NCBI GenBank assembly: GCA_964016885.1
Contig: CAXHJY010000928.1
Span: 496,001 to 560,000 of the forward strand
DNA length: 64,000 nucleotides
Reading direction: 5' to 3'
DNA from: Eledone cirrhosa
Taxonomy: Eukaryota
Under the pieces are notes generated by a model. It searched no databases. It was not told the origin of the DNA and saw only the letters and a program-made list of their open reading frames with translations. Below, piece by piece: positions 30,301 through 46,000 of this stretch (its first letter is position 1; every line of letters begins with the position of its first letter). A program made the position numbers and the translations under genes.

Positions 30301-33250
30301 GAGACACAAGAGACAACACTTACTACGCTGTCATCATTGTGTTAGTGATGTTATGAGAGAGACATGAGACTACACTTACTACACTGTCATCATTGTGTTA
30401 GTGATGTTATGAGAGAGACATGAGACAACACTTACTACACTGTCATCATTGTTAGTGATGTTATGAGAGACACAAGAGACAACACTTACTACGCTGTCAT
30501 CATTGTGTTAGTGATGTTATGAGAGAGACATGAGACAACACTTACTACACTGTCATCATTGTATTAGTGATGTTATGAGAGAGACAAGAGACAACACTTA
30601 CTACACTGTCATCATTGATAGTGATGTTATGAGAGACACAAGAGACAACACTTACTACACTGTCATCATTGTGTTAGTGATGTTATGAGAGAGACATGAG
30701 ACAACACTTACTACACTGTCATCATTGTATTAGTGATGTTATGAGAGAGACAAGAGACAACACTTACTACACTGTCAGCATTGTGTTAGTGATGTTTTGA
30801 GAGACATGAGACACTTACTACACTGTCATCATTGTGTTAGCGATGTTATAAGAGAGACATGAGACAACACTTACTACACTGTCATCATTGTGTAGTGATG
30901 TTATGAGAGACACAAGAGACAACACTTACTACACTGTCATCATTGTGTTACTGATGTTATGAGAGAGACATGAGACAACACTTACTACACTGTCATCATT
31001 GTGTTAGTGATGTTATGAGAGAGACATGAGACAACACTTACTACACTGTCATCATTGTATTAGTGATGTTATGAGAGAGACAAGAGACAACACTTACTAC
31101 ACTGTCATCATTGTGTTAGTGATGTTATGAGAGACACAAGAGACAACACTTACTACGCTGTCATCATTGTGTTAGTGATGTTATGAGAGAGACATGAGAC
31201 TACACTTACTACACTGTCATCATTGTGTTAGTGATGTTATGAGAGAGACATGAGACTACACTTACTACACTGTCATCATTGTGTTAGTGATGTTATGAGA
31301 GACACAAGAGACAACACTTACTACGCTGTCATTGTATTAGTGGTGTTATGAGAGAGACATGAGACAACACTTACTACACTGTCATCATCGTGTTAGTGAT
31401 GTTATGAGAGACACAAGAGACAACACTTACTACACTTTCATCATTGTGTTAGTGATGTTTTGAGAGAGACATGAGACAACACTTACTACACTGTCATCAT
31501 TGTGTTAGTGATGTTATGAGAGAGACATGAGACAACACTTACTACACTGTCATCATTGTGTTAGTGATGTTATGAGAGAGACATGAGACTACACTGTCAT
31601 CATTGTATTAGTGATGTTATGAGAGAGGCAAGAGACAACACTTACTACACTGTCATCATTGTGTTAGTGTTGTTATGAGAGAGATGTTGAGACAGCACTT
31701 ACTACACTGTCATCATTGTATTAGTGGTGTTATGAGAGAGACATGAGACAACACTTACTACACTGTCATAATTGTGTTAGTGATGTTATGAGAGAGACAT
31801 GAGACTACACTTACTACACTGTCATCATTGTTAGTGATGTTATGAGAGACACAAGAGACAACACTTACTACACTGTCATCATTGTGTTAGTGATGTTATG
31901 AGAGAGACATGAGACTACACTTACTACACTGTCATCATTGTGTTAGTGATGTTATGAGAGACACAAGAGACAACACTTACTACACTGTCATCATTGTGTT
32001 AGTGATGTTATGAGAGAGATGTTGAGACAGCACTTACTACACTGTCATTGTATTAGTGGTGTTATGAGAGAGACATGAGACAACACTTACTACACTGTCA
32101 TCATTGTGTTAGTGATGTTATGAGAGAGACATGAGACAACACTTACTACACTGTCATCATTGTATTAGTGATGTTATGAGAGAGACAAGAGACAACACTT
32201 ACTACACTGTCATCATTGTTAGTGATGTTATGAGAGACACAAGAGACAACACTTACTACACTGTCATCATTGTGTTAGTGATGTTATGAGAGAGACATGA
32301 GACAACACTTACTACACTGTCATCATTGTGTTAGTGATGTTATGAGAGAGACATGAGACAACACTTACTACACTGTCATCATTGTATTAGTGATGTTATG
32401 AGAGACAAGAGACAACACTTACTACACTGTCATCATTGTGTTAGTGATGTTATGAGAGACACAAGAGACAACACTTACTACGCTGTCATCATTGTGTTAG
32501 TGATGTTATGAGAGAGACATGAGACTACACTTACTACACTGTCATCATTGTGTTAGTGATGTTATGAGAGAGACATGAGACAACACTTACTACACTGTCA
32601 TCATTGTGTTAGTGATGTTATGAGAGACACAAGAGACAACACTTACTACGCTGTCATCATTGTGTTAGTGATGTTATGAGAGAGACATGAGACTACACTT
32701 ACTACACTGTCATCATTGTGTTAGTTATGTTATGAGAGACACAAGAGACAACACTTACTACGCTGTCATCATTGTGTTAGTGATGTTATGAGAGAGACAT
32801 GAGACTACACTGTCATCATTGTGTTAGTGATGTTATGAGAGACACAAGAGACAACACTTACTACGCTGTCATCATTGTATTAGTGGTGTTATGAGAGAGA
32901 CATGAGACAACACTTACTACACTGTCATCATCGTGTTAGTGATATGAGAGACACAAGAGACAACACTTACTACACTGTCATCATTGTGTTAGTGATGTTT
33001 TGAGAGAGACATGAGACAACACTTACTACACTGTCATCATTGTGTTAGCGATGTTATAAGAGAGACATGAGACAACACTTACTACACTGTCATCATTGTG
33101 TTAGTGATGTTATGAGAGAGACATGAGACAACACTTACTACACTGTCATCATTGTGTTAGTGATGTTATGAGAGACACAAGAGACAACACTTACTACACT
33201 GTCATCATTGTATTAGTGGTGTTATGAGAGAGACATGAGACAACACTTAC
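22230..33250 (+). repeat. Block repeated at +6,362 bp (then +6,306 after loss of one monomer)
   Basis: GAGGCAAG 25266/31628 (+6362), CATTTTGTT ~23480/~29842, TTAGTTATG 26420/32726 (+6306). Confidence 0.8.
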
Positions 33251-34849
33251 TACACTGTCATCATCGTGTTAGTGATGTTATGAGAGACACAAGAGACAAC
33301 ACTTACTACACTTTCATCATTGTGTTAGTGATGTTTTGAGAGAGACATGAGACAACACTTACTACACTGTCATCATTGTGTTAGTGATGTTATGAGAGAG
33401 ACATGAGACAACACTTACTACACTGTCATCATTGTGTTAGTGATGTTATGAGAGAGACATGAGACTACACTGTCATCATTGTATTAGTGATGTTATGAGA
33501 GAGGCAAGAGACAACACTTACTACACTGTCATCATTGTGTTAGTGTTGTTATGAGAGAGATGTTGAGACAGCACTTACTACACTGTCATCATTGTATTAG
33601 TGGTGTTATGAGAGAGACATGAGACAACACTTACTACACTGTCATAATTGTGTTAGTGATGTTATGAGAGAGACATGAGACTACACTTACTACACTGTCA
33701 TCATTGTTAGTGATGTTATGAGAGACACAAGAGACAACACTTACTACACTGTCATCATTGTGTTAGTGATGTTATGAGAGAGACATGAGACTACACTTAC
33801 TACACTGTCATCATTGTGTTAGTGATGTTATGAGAGACACAAGAGACAACACTTACTACACTGTCATCATTGTGTTAGTGATGTTATGAGAGAGATGTTG
33901 AGACAGCACTTACTACACTGTCATTGTATTAGTGGTGTTATGAGAGAGACATGAGACAACACTTACTACACTGTCATCATTGTATTAGTGGTGTTATGAG
34001 AGAGACATGAGACAACACTTACTACACTGTCATCATTGTGTTAGTGATGTTATGAGAGAGACATGAGACAACACTTACTACACTGTCATCATTGTATTAG
34101 TGATGTTATGAGAGAGACAAGAGACAACACTTACTACACTGTCATCATTGTTAGTGATGTTATGAGAGACACAAGAGACAACACTTACTACACTGTCATC
34201 ATTGTGTTAGTGATGTTATGAGAGAGACATGAGACAACACTTACTACACTGTCATCATTGTGTTAGTGATGTTATGAGAGAGACATGAGACAACACTTAC
34301 TACACTGTCATCATTGTATTAGTGATGTTATGAGAGACAAGAGACAACACTTACTACACTGTCATCATTGTGTTAGTGATGTTATGAGAGACACAAGAGA
34401 CAACACTTACTACGCTGTCATCATTGTGTTAGTGATGTTATGAGAGAGACATGAGACTACACTTACTACACTGTCATCATTGTGTTAGTGATGTTATGAG
34501 AGAGACATGAGACAACACTTACTACACTGTCATCATTGTGTTAGTGATGTTATGAGAGACACAAGAGACAACACTTACTACGCTGTCATCATTGTGTTAG
34601 TGATGTTATGAGAGAGACATGAGACTACACTTACTACACTGTCATCATTGTGTTAGTTATGTTATGAGAGACACAAGAGACAACACTTACTACGCTGTCA
34701 TCATTGTGTTAGTGATGTTATGAGAGAGACATGAGACTACACTGTCATCATTGTGTTAGTGATGTTATGAGAGACACAAGAGACAACACTTACTACGCTG
34801 TCATCATTGTATTAGTGGTGTTATGAGAGAGACATGAGACAACACTTAC

Positions 34850-37740
34850 TACACTGTCATCATCGTGTTAGTGATATGAGAGACACAAGAGACAACACTT
34901 ACTACACTGTCATCATTGTGTTAGTGATGTTTTGAGAGAGACATGAGACAACACTTACTACACTGTCATCATTGTGTTAGCGATGTTATAAGAGAGACAT
35001 GAGACAACACTTACTACACTGTCATCATTGTGTTAGTGATGTTATGAGAGAGACATGAGACAACACTTACTACACTGTCATCATTGTGTTAGTGATGTTA
35101 TGAGAGACACAAGAGACAACACTTACTACACTGTCATCATTGTATTAGTGGTGTTATGAGAGAGACATGAGACAACACTTACTACACTGTCATCATCGTG
35201 TTAGTGATATGAGAGACACAAGAGACAACACTTACTACACTGTCATCATTGTGTTAGTGATGTTTTGAGAGAGACACGAGACAACACTTACTACACTGTC
35301 ATCATTGTGTTAGCGATGTTATAAGAGAGACATGAGACAACACTTACTACACTGTCATCATTGTGTTAGTGATGTTATGAGAGAGACATGAGACAACACT
35401 TACTACACTGTCATCATTGTGTTAGTGATGTTATGAGAGAGACATGAGACAACACTTACTACACTGTCATCATTGTATTAGTGATGTTATGAGAGAGACA
35501 AGAGACAACACTTACTACACTGTCATCATTGTGTTAGTGTTGTTATGAGAGAGATGTTTAGACAGCACTTACTACACTGTCATCATTGTATTAGTGGTGT
35601 TATGAGAGAGACATGAGACAACACTTACTACACTGTCATCATTGTGTTAGTGATGTTATGAGAGAGACATGAGTCAACACTTACTACACTGTCATCATTG
35701 TGTTAGTGATGTTATGAGAGACACAAGAGACAACACTTACTACACTGTCATCATTGTTAGTGATGTTATGAGAGACACAAGAGACAACACTTACTACACT
35801 GTCATCATTGTGTTAGTGATGTTATGAGAGAGACATGAGACAACACTTACTACACTGTCATCATTGTGTTAGTGATGTTATGAGATAGACATGAGGCAAC
35901 ACTTACTACACTGTCATCATTGTGTTAGTGATGTTATGAGAGAGACATGAGACAACACTTACTACACTGTCATCATTGTATTAGTGGTGTTATGAGAGAG
36001 GTTGAGACAGCACTTACTACACTGTTAGCATTGTGTTAGTGATGTTATGAGAGACACAAGAGACAACACTTACTACACTGTCATCATTGTGTTAGTGATG
36101 TTTTGAGAGACACAAGATACAACACTTACTACACTGTCATCATTGTGTTAGTGATGTTATGGGAGAGACATGAGACAACACTTACTACACTGTCATTATT
36201 GTGTTAGTGATGTTATGAGAGAGACATGAGACAACACTTACTACACTGTCATCATTGTGATAGTGATGTTATGAGAGAGACACGAGACAACACTTACTAC
36301 ACTGTCATCATCGTGTTAGTGATATGAGAGACACAAGAGACAACACTTACTACACTGTCATCATTGTGTTAGTGATGTTTTGAGAGAGACATGAGACAAC
36401 ACTTACTACACTGTCATCATTGTGTTAGCGATGTTATAAGAGAGACATGAGACAACACTTACTACACTGTCATCATTGTGTTAGTGATGTTATGAGAGAG
36501 ACATGAGACAACACTTACTACACTGTCATCATTGTGTTAGTGATGTTATGAGAGAGACAACACTTACTACACTGTCATCATTGTATTAGTGGTGTTATGA
36601 GAGAGACATGAGACAACACTTACTACACTGTCATCATCGTGTTAGTGATATGAGAGACACAAGAGACAACACTTACTACACTGTCATCATTGTGTTAGTG
36701 ATGTTTTGAGAGAGACACGAGACAACACTTACTACACTGTCATCATTGTGTTAGCGATGTTATAAGAGAGACATGAGACAACACTTACTACACTGTCATC
36801 ATTGTGTTAGTGATGTTATGAGAGAGACATGAGACAACACTTACTACACTGTCATCATTGTGTTAGTGATGTTATGAGAGAGACATGAGACAACACTTAC
36901 TACACTGTCATCATTGTATTAGTGATGTTATGAGAGAGACAAGAGACAACACTTACTACACTGTCATCATTGTGTTAGTGTTGTTATGAGAGAGATGTTT
37001 AGACAGCACTTACTACACTGTCATCATTGTATTAGTGGTGTTATGAGAGAGACATGAGACAACACTTACTACACTGTCATCATTGTGTTAGTGATGTTAT
37101 GAGAGAGACATGAGTCAACACTTACTACACTGTCATCATTGTGTTAGTGATGTTATGAGAGACACAAGAGACAACACTTACTACACTGTCATCATTGTTA
37201 GTGATGTTATGAGAGACACAAGAGACAACACTTACTACACTGTCATCATTGTGTTAGTGATGTTATGAGAGAGACATGAGACAACACTTACTACACTGTC
37301 ATCATTGTGTTAGTGATGTTATGAGATAGACATGAGGCAACACTTACTACACTGTCATCATTGTGTTAGTGATGTTATGAGAGAGACATGAGACAACACT
37401 TACTACACTGTCATCATTGTATTAGTGGTGTTATGAGAGAGGTTGAGACAGCACTTACTACACTGTTAGCATTGTGTTAGTGATGTTATGAGAGACACAA
37501 GAGACAACACTTACTACACTGTCATCATTGTGTTAGTGATGTTTTGAGAGACACAAGATACAACACTTACTACACTGTCATCATTGTGTTAGTGATGTTA
37601 TGGGAGAGACATGAGACAACACTTACTACACTGTCATCATTGTGTTAGTGATGTTATGAGAGAGACATGAGACAACACTTACTACACTGTCATCATTGTG
37701 ATAGTGATGTTATGAGAGAGACACGAGACAACACTTACTA
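34850..37740 (+). repeat. Two tandem copies of a 1,441-bp (~26-monomer) HOR of a second variant subfamily; the pair recurs at ~51670-54560
   Basis: GAGATAGAC marker at 35886/37327 and 52704/54145 (+1441 each), with linked GAGTCAAC, TGTTAGCATT, CAAGATAC, TATGGGAG and TGTGATAG variants. Confidence 0.87.
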
Positions 37741-40004
37741 CACTGTCATCATTGTTAGTGATGTTATGAGAGACACAAGAGACAACACTTACTACACTGT
37801 CATCATTGTGTTAGTGATGTTATGAGAGAGACATGAGACTACACTTACTACACAGTCATCATTGTGTTAGTGATGTTATGAGAGACACAAGAGACAACAC
37901 TTACTACACTGTCATCATTGTGTTACTGATGTTATGAGAGAGACATGAGACAACACTTACTACACTGTCATCATTGTGTTAGTGATGTTATGAGAGAGAC
38001 ATGAGACAACACTTACTACACTGTCATCATTGTATTAGTGATGTTATGAGAGAGACAAGAGACAACACTTACTACACTGTCATCATTGTGTTAGTGATGT
38101 TATGAGAGACACAAGCTACAACACTTACTACGCTGTCATCATTGTGTTAGTGATGTTATGAGAGAGACATGAGACTACACTTACTACACTGTCATCATTG
38201 TGTTAGTGATGTTATGAGAGAGACATGAGACAACACTTACTACACTGTCATCATTGTGTTAGTGATGTTATGAGAGACACAAGAGACAACACTTACTACG
38301 CTGTCATCATTGTGTTAGTGATGTTATGAGAGAGACATGAGACTACACTTACTACACTGTCATCATTGTGTTAGTGATGTTATGAGAGACACAAGAGACA
38401 ACACTTACTACGCTGTCATCATTGTGTTAGTGATGTTATGAGAGAGACATGAGACTACACTGTCATCATTGTGTTAGTGATGTTATGAGAGAGACATGAG
38501 ACAACACTTACTACACTGTCATCATTGTGTTAGTGATGTTATGAGAGACACAAGAGACAACACTTACTACGCTGTCATCATTGTGTTAGTGATGTTATGA
38601 GAGAGACATGAGACTACACTTACTACACTGTCATCATTGTGTTAGTGATGTTATGAGAGACACAAGAGACAACACTTACTACGCTGTCATCATTGTGTTA
38701 GTGATGTTATGAGAGAGACATGAGACTACACTTACTACACTGTCATCATTGTGTTAGTGATGTTATGAGAGAGACATGAGACAACACTTACTACACTGTC
38801 ATCATTGTGTTAGTGATGTTATGAGAGACACAAGAGACAACACTTACTACGCTGTCATCATTGTGTTAGTGATGTTATGAGAGAGACATGAGACTACACT
38901 TACTACACTGTCATCATTGTGTTAGTGATGTTATGAGAGAGACATGAGACAACACTTACTACACTGTCATCATTGTTAGTGATGTTATGAGAGACACAAG
39001 AGACAACACTTACTACGCTGTCATCATTGTGTTAGTGATGTTATGAGAGAGACATGAGACAACACTTACTACACTGTCATCATTGTATTAGTGATGTTAT
39101 GAGAGAGACAAGAGACAACACTTACTACACTGTCATCATTGATAGTGATGTTATGAGAGACACAAGAGACAACACTTACTACACTGTCATCATTGTGTTA
39201 GTGATGTTATGAGAGAGACATGAGACAACACTTACTACACTGTCATCATTGTATTAGTGATGTTATGAGAGAGACAAGAGACAACACTTACTACACTGTC
39301 AGCATTGTGTTAGTGATGTTTTGAGAGACATGAGACACTTACTACACTGTCATCATTGTGTTAGCGATGTTATAAGAGAGACATGAGACAACACTTACTA
39401 CACTGTCATCATTGTGTAGTGATGTTATGAGAGACACAAGAGACAACACTTACTACACTGTCATCATTGTGTTACTGATGTTATGAGAGAGACATGAGAC
39501 AACACTTACTACACTGTCATCATTGTGTTAGTGATATTATGAGAGAGACAAGAGACAACACTTACTACACTGTCATCATTGTATTAGTGATGTTATGAGA
39601 GAGACAAGAGACAACACTTACTACACTGTCATCATTGTGTTAGTGATGTTATGAGAGACACAAGAGACAACACTTACTACGCTGTCATCATTGTGTTAGT
39701 GATGTTATGAGAGAGACATGAGACTACACTTACTACACTGTCATCATTGTGTTAGTGATGTTATGAGAGAGACATGAGACTACACTTACTACACTGTCAT
39801 CATTGTGTTAGTGATGTTATGAGAGACACAAGAGACAACACTTACTACGCTGTCATTGTATTAGTGGTGTTATGAGAGAGACATGAGACAACACTTACTA
39901 CACTGTCATCATCGTGTTAGTGATGTTATGAGAGACACAAGAGACAACACTTACTACACTTTCATCATTGTGTTAGTGATGTTTTGAGAGAGACATGAGA
40001 CAAC

Positions 40005-43000
40005 ACTTACTACACTGTCATCATTGTGTTAGTGATGTTATGAGAGAGACATGAGACAACACTTACTACACTGTCATCATTGTATTAGTGATGTTATGAG
40101 AGACAAGAGACAACACTTACTACACTGTCATCATTGTGTTAGTGATGTTATGAGAGACACAAGAGACAACACTTACTACGCTGTCATCATTGTGTTAGTG
40201 ATGTTATGAGAGAGACATGAGACTACACTTACTACACTGTCATCATTGTGTTAGTGATGTTATGAGAGAGACATGAGACAACACTTACTACACTGTCTTC
40301 ATTGTTAGTGATGTTATGAGAGACACAAGAGACAACACTTACTACGCTGTCATCATTGTGTTAGTGATGTTATGAGAGAGACATGAGACAACACTTACTA
40401 CACTGTCATCATTGTATTAGTGATGTTATGAGAGAGACAAGAGACAACACTTACTACACTGTCATCATTGTTAGTGATGTTATGAGAGACACAAGAGACA
40501 ACACTTACTACACTGTCATCATTGTGTTAGTGATGTTATGAGAGAGACATGAGACAACACTTACTACACTGTCATCATTGTATTAGTGATGTTATGAGAG
40601 AGACAAGAGACAACACTTACTACACTGTCAGCATTGTGTTAGTGATGTTTTGAGAGACATGAGACACTTACTACACTGTCATCATTGTGTTAGCGATGTT
40701 ATAAGAGAGACATGAGACAACACTTACTACACTGTCATCATTGTGTAGTGATGTTATGAGAGACACAAGAGACAACACTTACTACACTGTCATCATTGTG
40801 TTACTGATGTTATGAGAGAGACATGAGACAACACTTACTACACTGTCATCATTGTGTTAGTGATGTTATGAGAGAGACATGAGACAACACTTACTACACT
40901 GTCATCATTGTATTAGTGATGTTATGAGAGAGACAAGAGACAACACTTACTACACTGTCATCATTGTGTTAGTGATGTTATGAGAGACACAAGAGACAAC
41001 ACTTACTACGCTGTCATCATTGTGTTAGTGATGTTATGAGAGAGACATGAGACTACACTTACTACACTGTCATCATTGTGTTAGTGATGTTATGAGAGAG
41101 ACATGAGACAACACTTACTACACTGTCATCATTGTGTTAGTGATGTTATGAGAGACACAAGAGACAACACTTACTACGCTGTCATCATTGTGTTAGTGAT
41201 GTTATGAGAGAGACATGAGACTACACTTACTACACTGTCATCATTGTGTTAGTGATGTTATGAGAGACACAAGAGACAACACTTACTACGCTGTCATCAT
41301 TGTGTTAGTGATGTTATGAGAGAGACATGAGACTACACTGTCATCATTGTGTTAGTGATGTTATGAGAGAGACATGAGACAACACTTACTACACTGTCAT
41401 CATTGTATTAGTGATGTTATGAGAGAGACAAGAGACAACACTTACTACACTGTCATCATTGTTAGTGATGTTATGAGAGACACAAGAGACAACACTTACT
41501 ACACTGTCATCATTGTGTTAGTGATGTTATGAGAGAGACATGAGACAACACTTACTACACTGTCATCATTGTATTAGTGATGTTATGAGAGAGACAAGAG
41601 ACAACACTTACTACACTGTCAGCATTGTGTTAGTGATGTTTTGAGAGACATGAGACACTTACTACACTGTCATCATTGTGTTAGCGATGTTATAAGAGAG
41701 ACATGAGACAACACTTACTACACTGTCATCATTGTGTAGTGATGTTATGAGAGACACAAGAGACAACACTTACTACACTGTCATCATTGTGTTACTGATG
41801 TTATGAGAGAGACATGAGACAACACTTACTACACTGTCATCATTGTGTTAGTGATGTTATGAGAGAGACATGAGACAACACTTACTACACTGTCATCATT
41901 GTATTAGTGATGTTATGAGAGAGACAAGAGACAACACTTACTACACTGTCATCATTGTGTTAGTGATGTTATGAGAGACACAAGAGACAACACTTACTAC
42001 GCTGTCATCATTGTGTTAGTGATGTTATGAGAGAGACATGAGACTACACTTACTACACTGTCATCATTGTGTTAGTGATGTTATGAGAGAGACATGAGAC
42101 AACACTTACTACACTGTCATCATTGTGTTAGTGATGTTATGAGAGACACAAGAGACAACACTTACTACGCTGTCATCATTGTGTTAGTGATGTTATGAGA
42201 GAGACATGAGACTACACTTACTACACTGTCATCATTGTGTTAGTGATGTTATGAGAGACACAAGAGACAACACTTACTACGCTGTCATCATTGTGTTAGT
42301 GATGTTATGAGAGAGACATGAGACTACACTGTCATCATTGTGTTAGTGATGTTATGAGAGAGACATGAGACAACACTTACTACACTGTCATCATTGTGTT
42401 AGTGATGTTATGAGAGACACAAGAGACAACACTTACTACGCTGTCATCATTGTGTTAGTGATGTTATGAGAGAGACATGAGACTACACTTACTACACTGT
42501 CATCATTGTGTTAGTGATGTTATGAGAGACACAAGAGACAACACTTACTACGCTGTCATCATTGTGTTAGTGATGTTATGAGAGAGACATGAGACTACAC
42601 TTACTACACTGTCATCATTGTGTTAGTGATGTTATGAGAGAGACATGAGACAACACTTACTACACTGTCATCATTGTGTTAGTGATGTTATGAGAGACAC
42701 AAGAGACAACACTTACTACGCTGTCATCATTGTGTTAGTGATGTTATGAGAGAGACATGAGACTACACTTACTACACTGTCATCATTGTGTTAGTGATGT
42801 TATGAGAGAGACATGAGACAACACTTACTACACTGTCATCATTGTTAGTGATGTTATGAGAGACACAAGAGACAACACTTACTACGCTGTCATCATTGTG
42901 TTAGTGGTGTTATGAGAGAGACATGAGACAACACTTACTACACTGTCATCATTGTATTAGTGATGTTATGAGAGAGACAAGAGACAACACTTACTACACT

Positions 43001-46000
43001 GTCATCATTGATAGTGATGTTATGAGAGACACAAGAGACAACACTTACTACACTGTCATCATTGTGTTAGTGATGTTATGAGAGAGACATGAGACAACAC
43101 TTACTACACTGTCATCATTGTATTAGTGATGTTATGAGAGAGACAAGAGACAACACTTACTACACTGTCAGCATTGTGTTAGTGATGTTTTGAGAGACAT
43201 GAGACACTTACTACACTGTCATCATTGTGTTAGCGATGTTATAAGAGAGACATGAGACAACACTTACTACACTGTCATCATTGTGTAGTGATGTTATGAG
43301 AGACACAAGAGACAACACTTACTACACTGTCATCATTGTGTTACTGATGTTATGAGAGAGACATGAGACAACACTTACTACACTGTCATCATTGTGTTAG
43401 TGATGTTATGAGAGAGACATGAGACAACACTTACTACACTGTCATCATTGTATTAGTGATGTTATGAGAGAGACAAGAGACAACACTTACTACACTGTCA
43501 TCATTGTGTTAGTGATGTTATGAGAGACACAAGAGACAACACTTACTACGCTGTCATCATTGTGTTAGTGATGTTATGAGAGAGACATGAGACTACACTT
43601 ACTACACTGTCATCATTGTGTTAGTGATGTTATGAGAGAGACATGAGACTACACTTACTACACTGTCATCATTGTGTTAGTGATGTTATGAGAGACACAA
43701 GAGACAACACTTACTACGCTGTCATTGTATTAGTGGTGTTATGAGAGAGACATGAGACAACACTTACTACACTGTCATCATCGTGTTAGTGATGTTATGA
43801 GAGACACAAGAGACAACACTTACTACACTTTCATCATTGTGTTAGTGATGTTTTGAGAGAGACATGAGACAACACTTACTACACTGTCATCATTGTGTTA
43901 GTGATGTTATGAGAGAGACATGAGACAACACTTACTACACTGTCATCATTGTGTTAGTGATGTTATGAGAGAGACATGAGACTACACTGTCATCATTGTA
44001 TTAGTGATGTTATGAGAGAGGCAAGAGACAACACTTACTACACTGTCATCATTGTGTTAGTGTTGTTATGAGAGAGATGTTGAGACAGCACTTACTACAC
44101 TGTCATCATTGTATTAGTGGTGTTATGAGAGAGACATGAGACAACACTTACTACACTGTCATAATTGTGTTAGTGATGTTATGAGAGAGACATGAGACTA
44201 CACTTACTACACTGTCATCATTGTTAGTGATGTTATGAGAGACACAAGAGACAACACTTACTACACTGTCATCATTGTGTTAGTGATGTTATGAGAGAGA
44301 CATGAGACTACACTTACTACACTGTCATCATTGTGTTAGTGATGTTATGAGAGACACAAGAGACAACACTTACTACACTGTCATCATTGTGTTAGTGATG
44401 TTATGAGAGAGATGTTGAGACAGCACTTACTACACTGTCATTGTATTAGTGGTGTTATGAGAGAGACATGAGACAACACTTACTACACTGTCATCATTGT
44501 ATTAGTGGTGTTATGAGAGAGACATGAGACAACACTTACTACACTGTCATCATTGTGTTAGTGATGTTATGAGAGAGACATGAGACAACACTTACTACAC
44601 TGTCATCATTGTATTAGTGATGTTATGAGAGAGACAAGAGACAACACTTACTACACTGTCATCATTGTTAGTGATGTTATGAGAGACACAAGAGACAACA
44701 CTTACTACACTGTCATCATTGTGTTAGTGATGTTATGAGAGAGACATGAGACAACACTTACTACACTGTCATCATTGTGTTAGTGATGTTATGAGAGAGA
44801 CATGAGACAACACTTACTACACTGTCATCATTGTATTAGTGATGTTATGAGAGACAAGAGACAACACTTACTACACTGTCATCATTGTGTTAGTGATGTT
44901 ATGAGAGACACAAGAGACAACACTTACTACGCTGTCATCATTGTGTTAGTGATGTTATGAGAGAGACATGAGACTACACTTACTACACTGTCATCATTGT
45001 GTTAGTGATGTTATGAGAGAGACATGAGACAACACTTACTACACTGTCATCATTGTGTTAGTGATGTTATGAGAGACACAAGAGACAACACTTACTACGC
45101 TGTCATCATTGTGTTAGTGATGTTATGAGAGAGACATGAGACTACACTTACTACACTGTCATCATTGTGTTAGTGATGTTATGAGAGACACAAGAGACAA
45201 CACTTACTACGCTGTCATCATTGTGTTAGTGATGTTATGAGAGAGACATGAGACTACACTGTCATCATTGTGTTAGTGATGTTATGAGAGACACAAGAGA
45301 CAACACTTACTACGCTGTCATCATTGTATTAGTGGTGTTATGAGAGAGACATGAGACAACACTTACTACACTGTCATCATCGTGTTAGTGATATGAGAGA
45401 CACAAGAGACAACACTTACTACACTGTCATCATTGTGTTAGTGATGTTTTGAGAGAGACATGAGACAACACTTACTACACTGTCATCATTGTGTTAGCGA
45501 TGTTATAAGAGAGACATGAGACAACACTTACTACACTGTCATCATTGTGTTAGTGATGTTATGAGAGAGACATGAGACAACACTTACTACACTGTCATCA
45601 TTGTGTTAGTGATGTTATGAGAGACACAAGAGACAACACTTACTACACTGTCATCATTGTATTAGTGGTGTTATGAGAGAGACATGAGACAACACTTACT
45701 ACACTGTCATCATCGTGTTAGTGATATGAGAGACACAAGAGACAACACTTACTACACTGTCATCATTGTGTTAGTGATGTTTTGAGAGAGACACGAGACA
45801 ACACTTACTACACTGTCATCATTGTGTTAGCGATGTTATAAGAGAGACATGAGACAACACTTACTACACTGTCATCATTGTGTTAGTGATGTTATGAGAG
45901 AGACATGAGACAACACTTACTACACTGTCATCATTGTGTTAGTGATGTTATGAGAGAGACATGAGACAACACTTACTACACTGTCATCATTGTATTAGTG

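Noticed and set aside
5641-34140. Round 27,600-bp offset between cassette copies at 5904 and 33504
   Set aside because: It is the sum of the intervening irregular spacings, and the round number appears coincidental.
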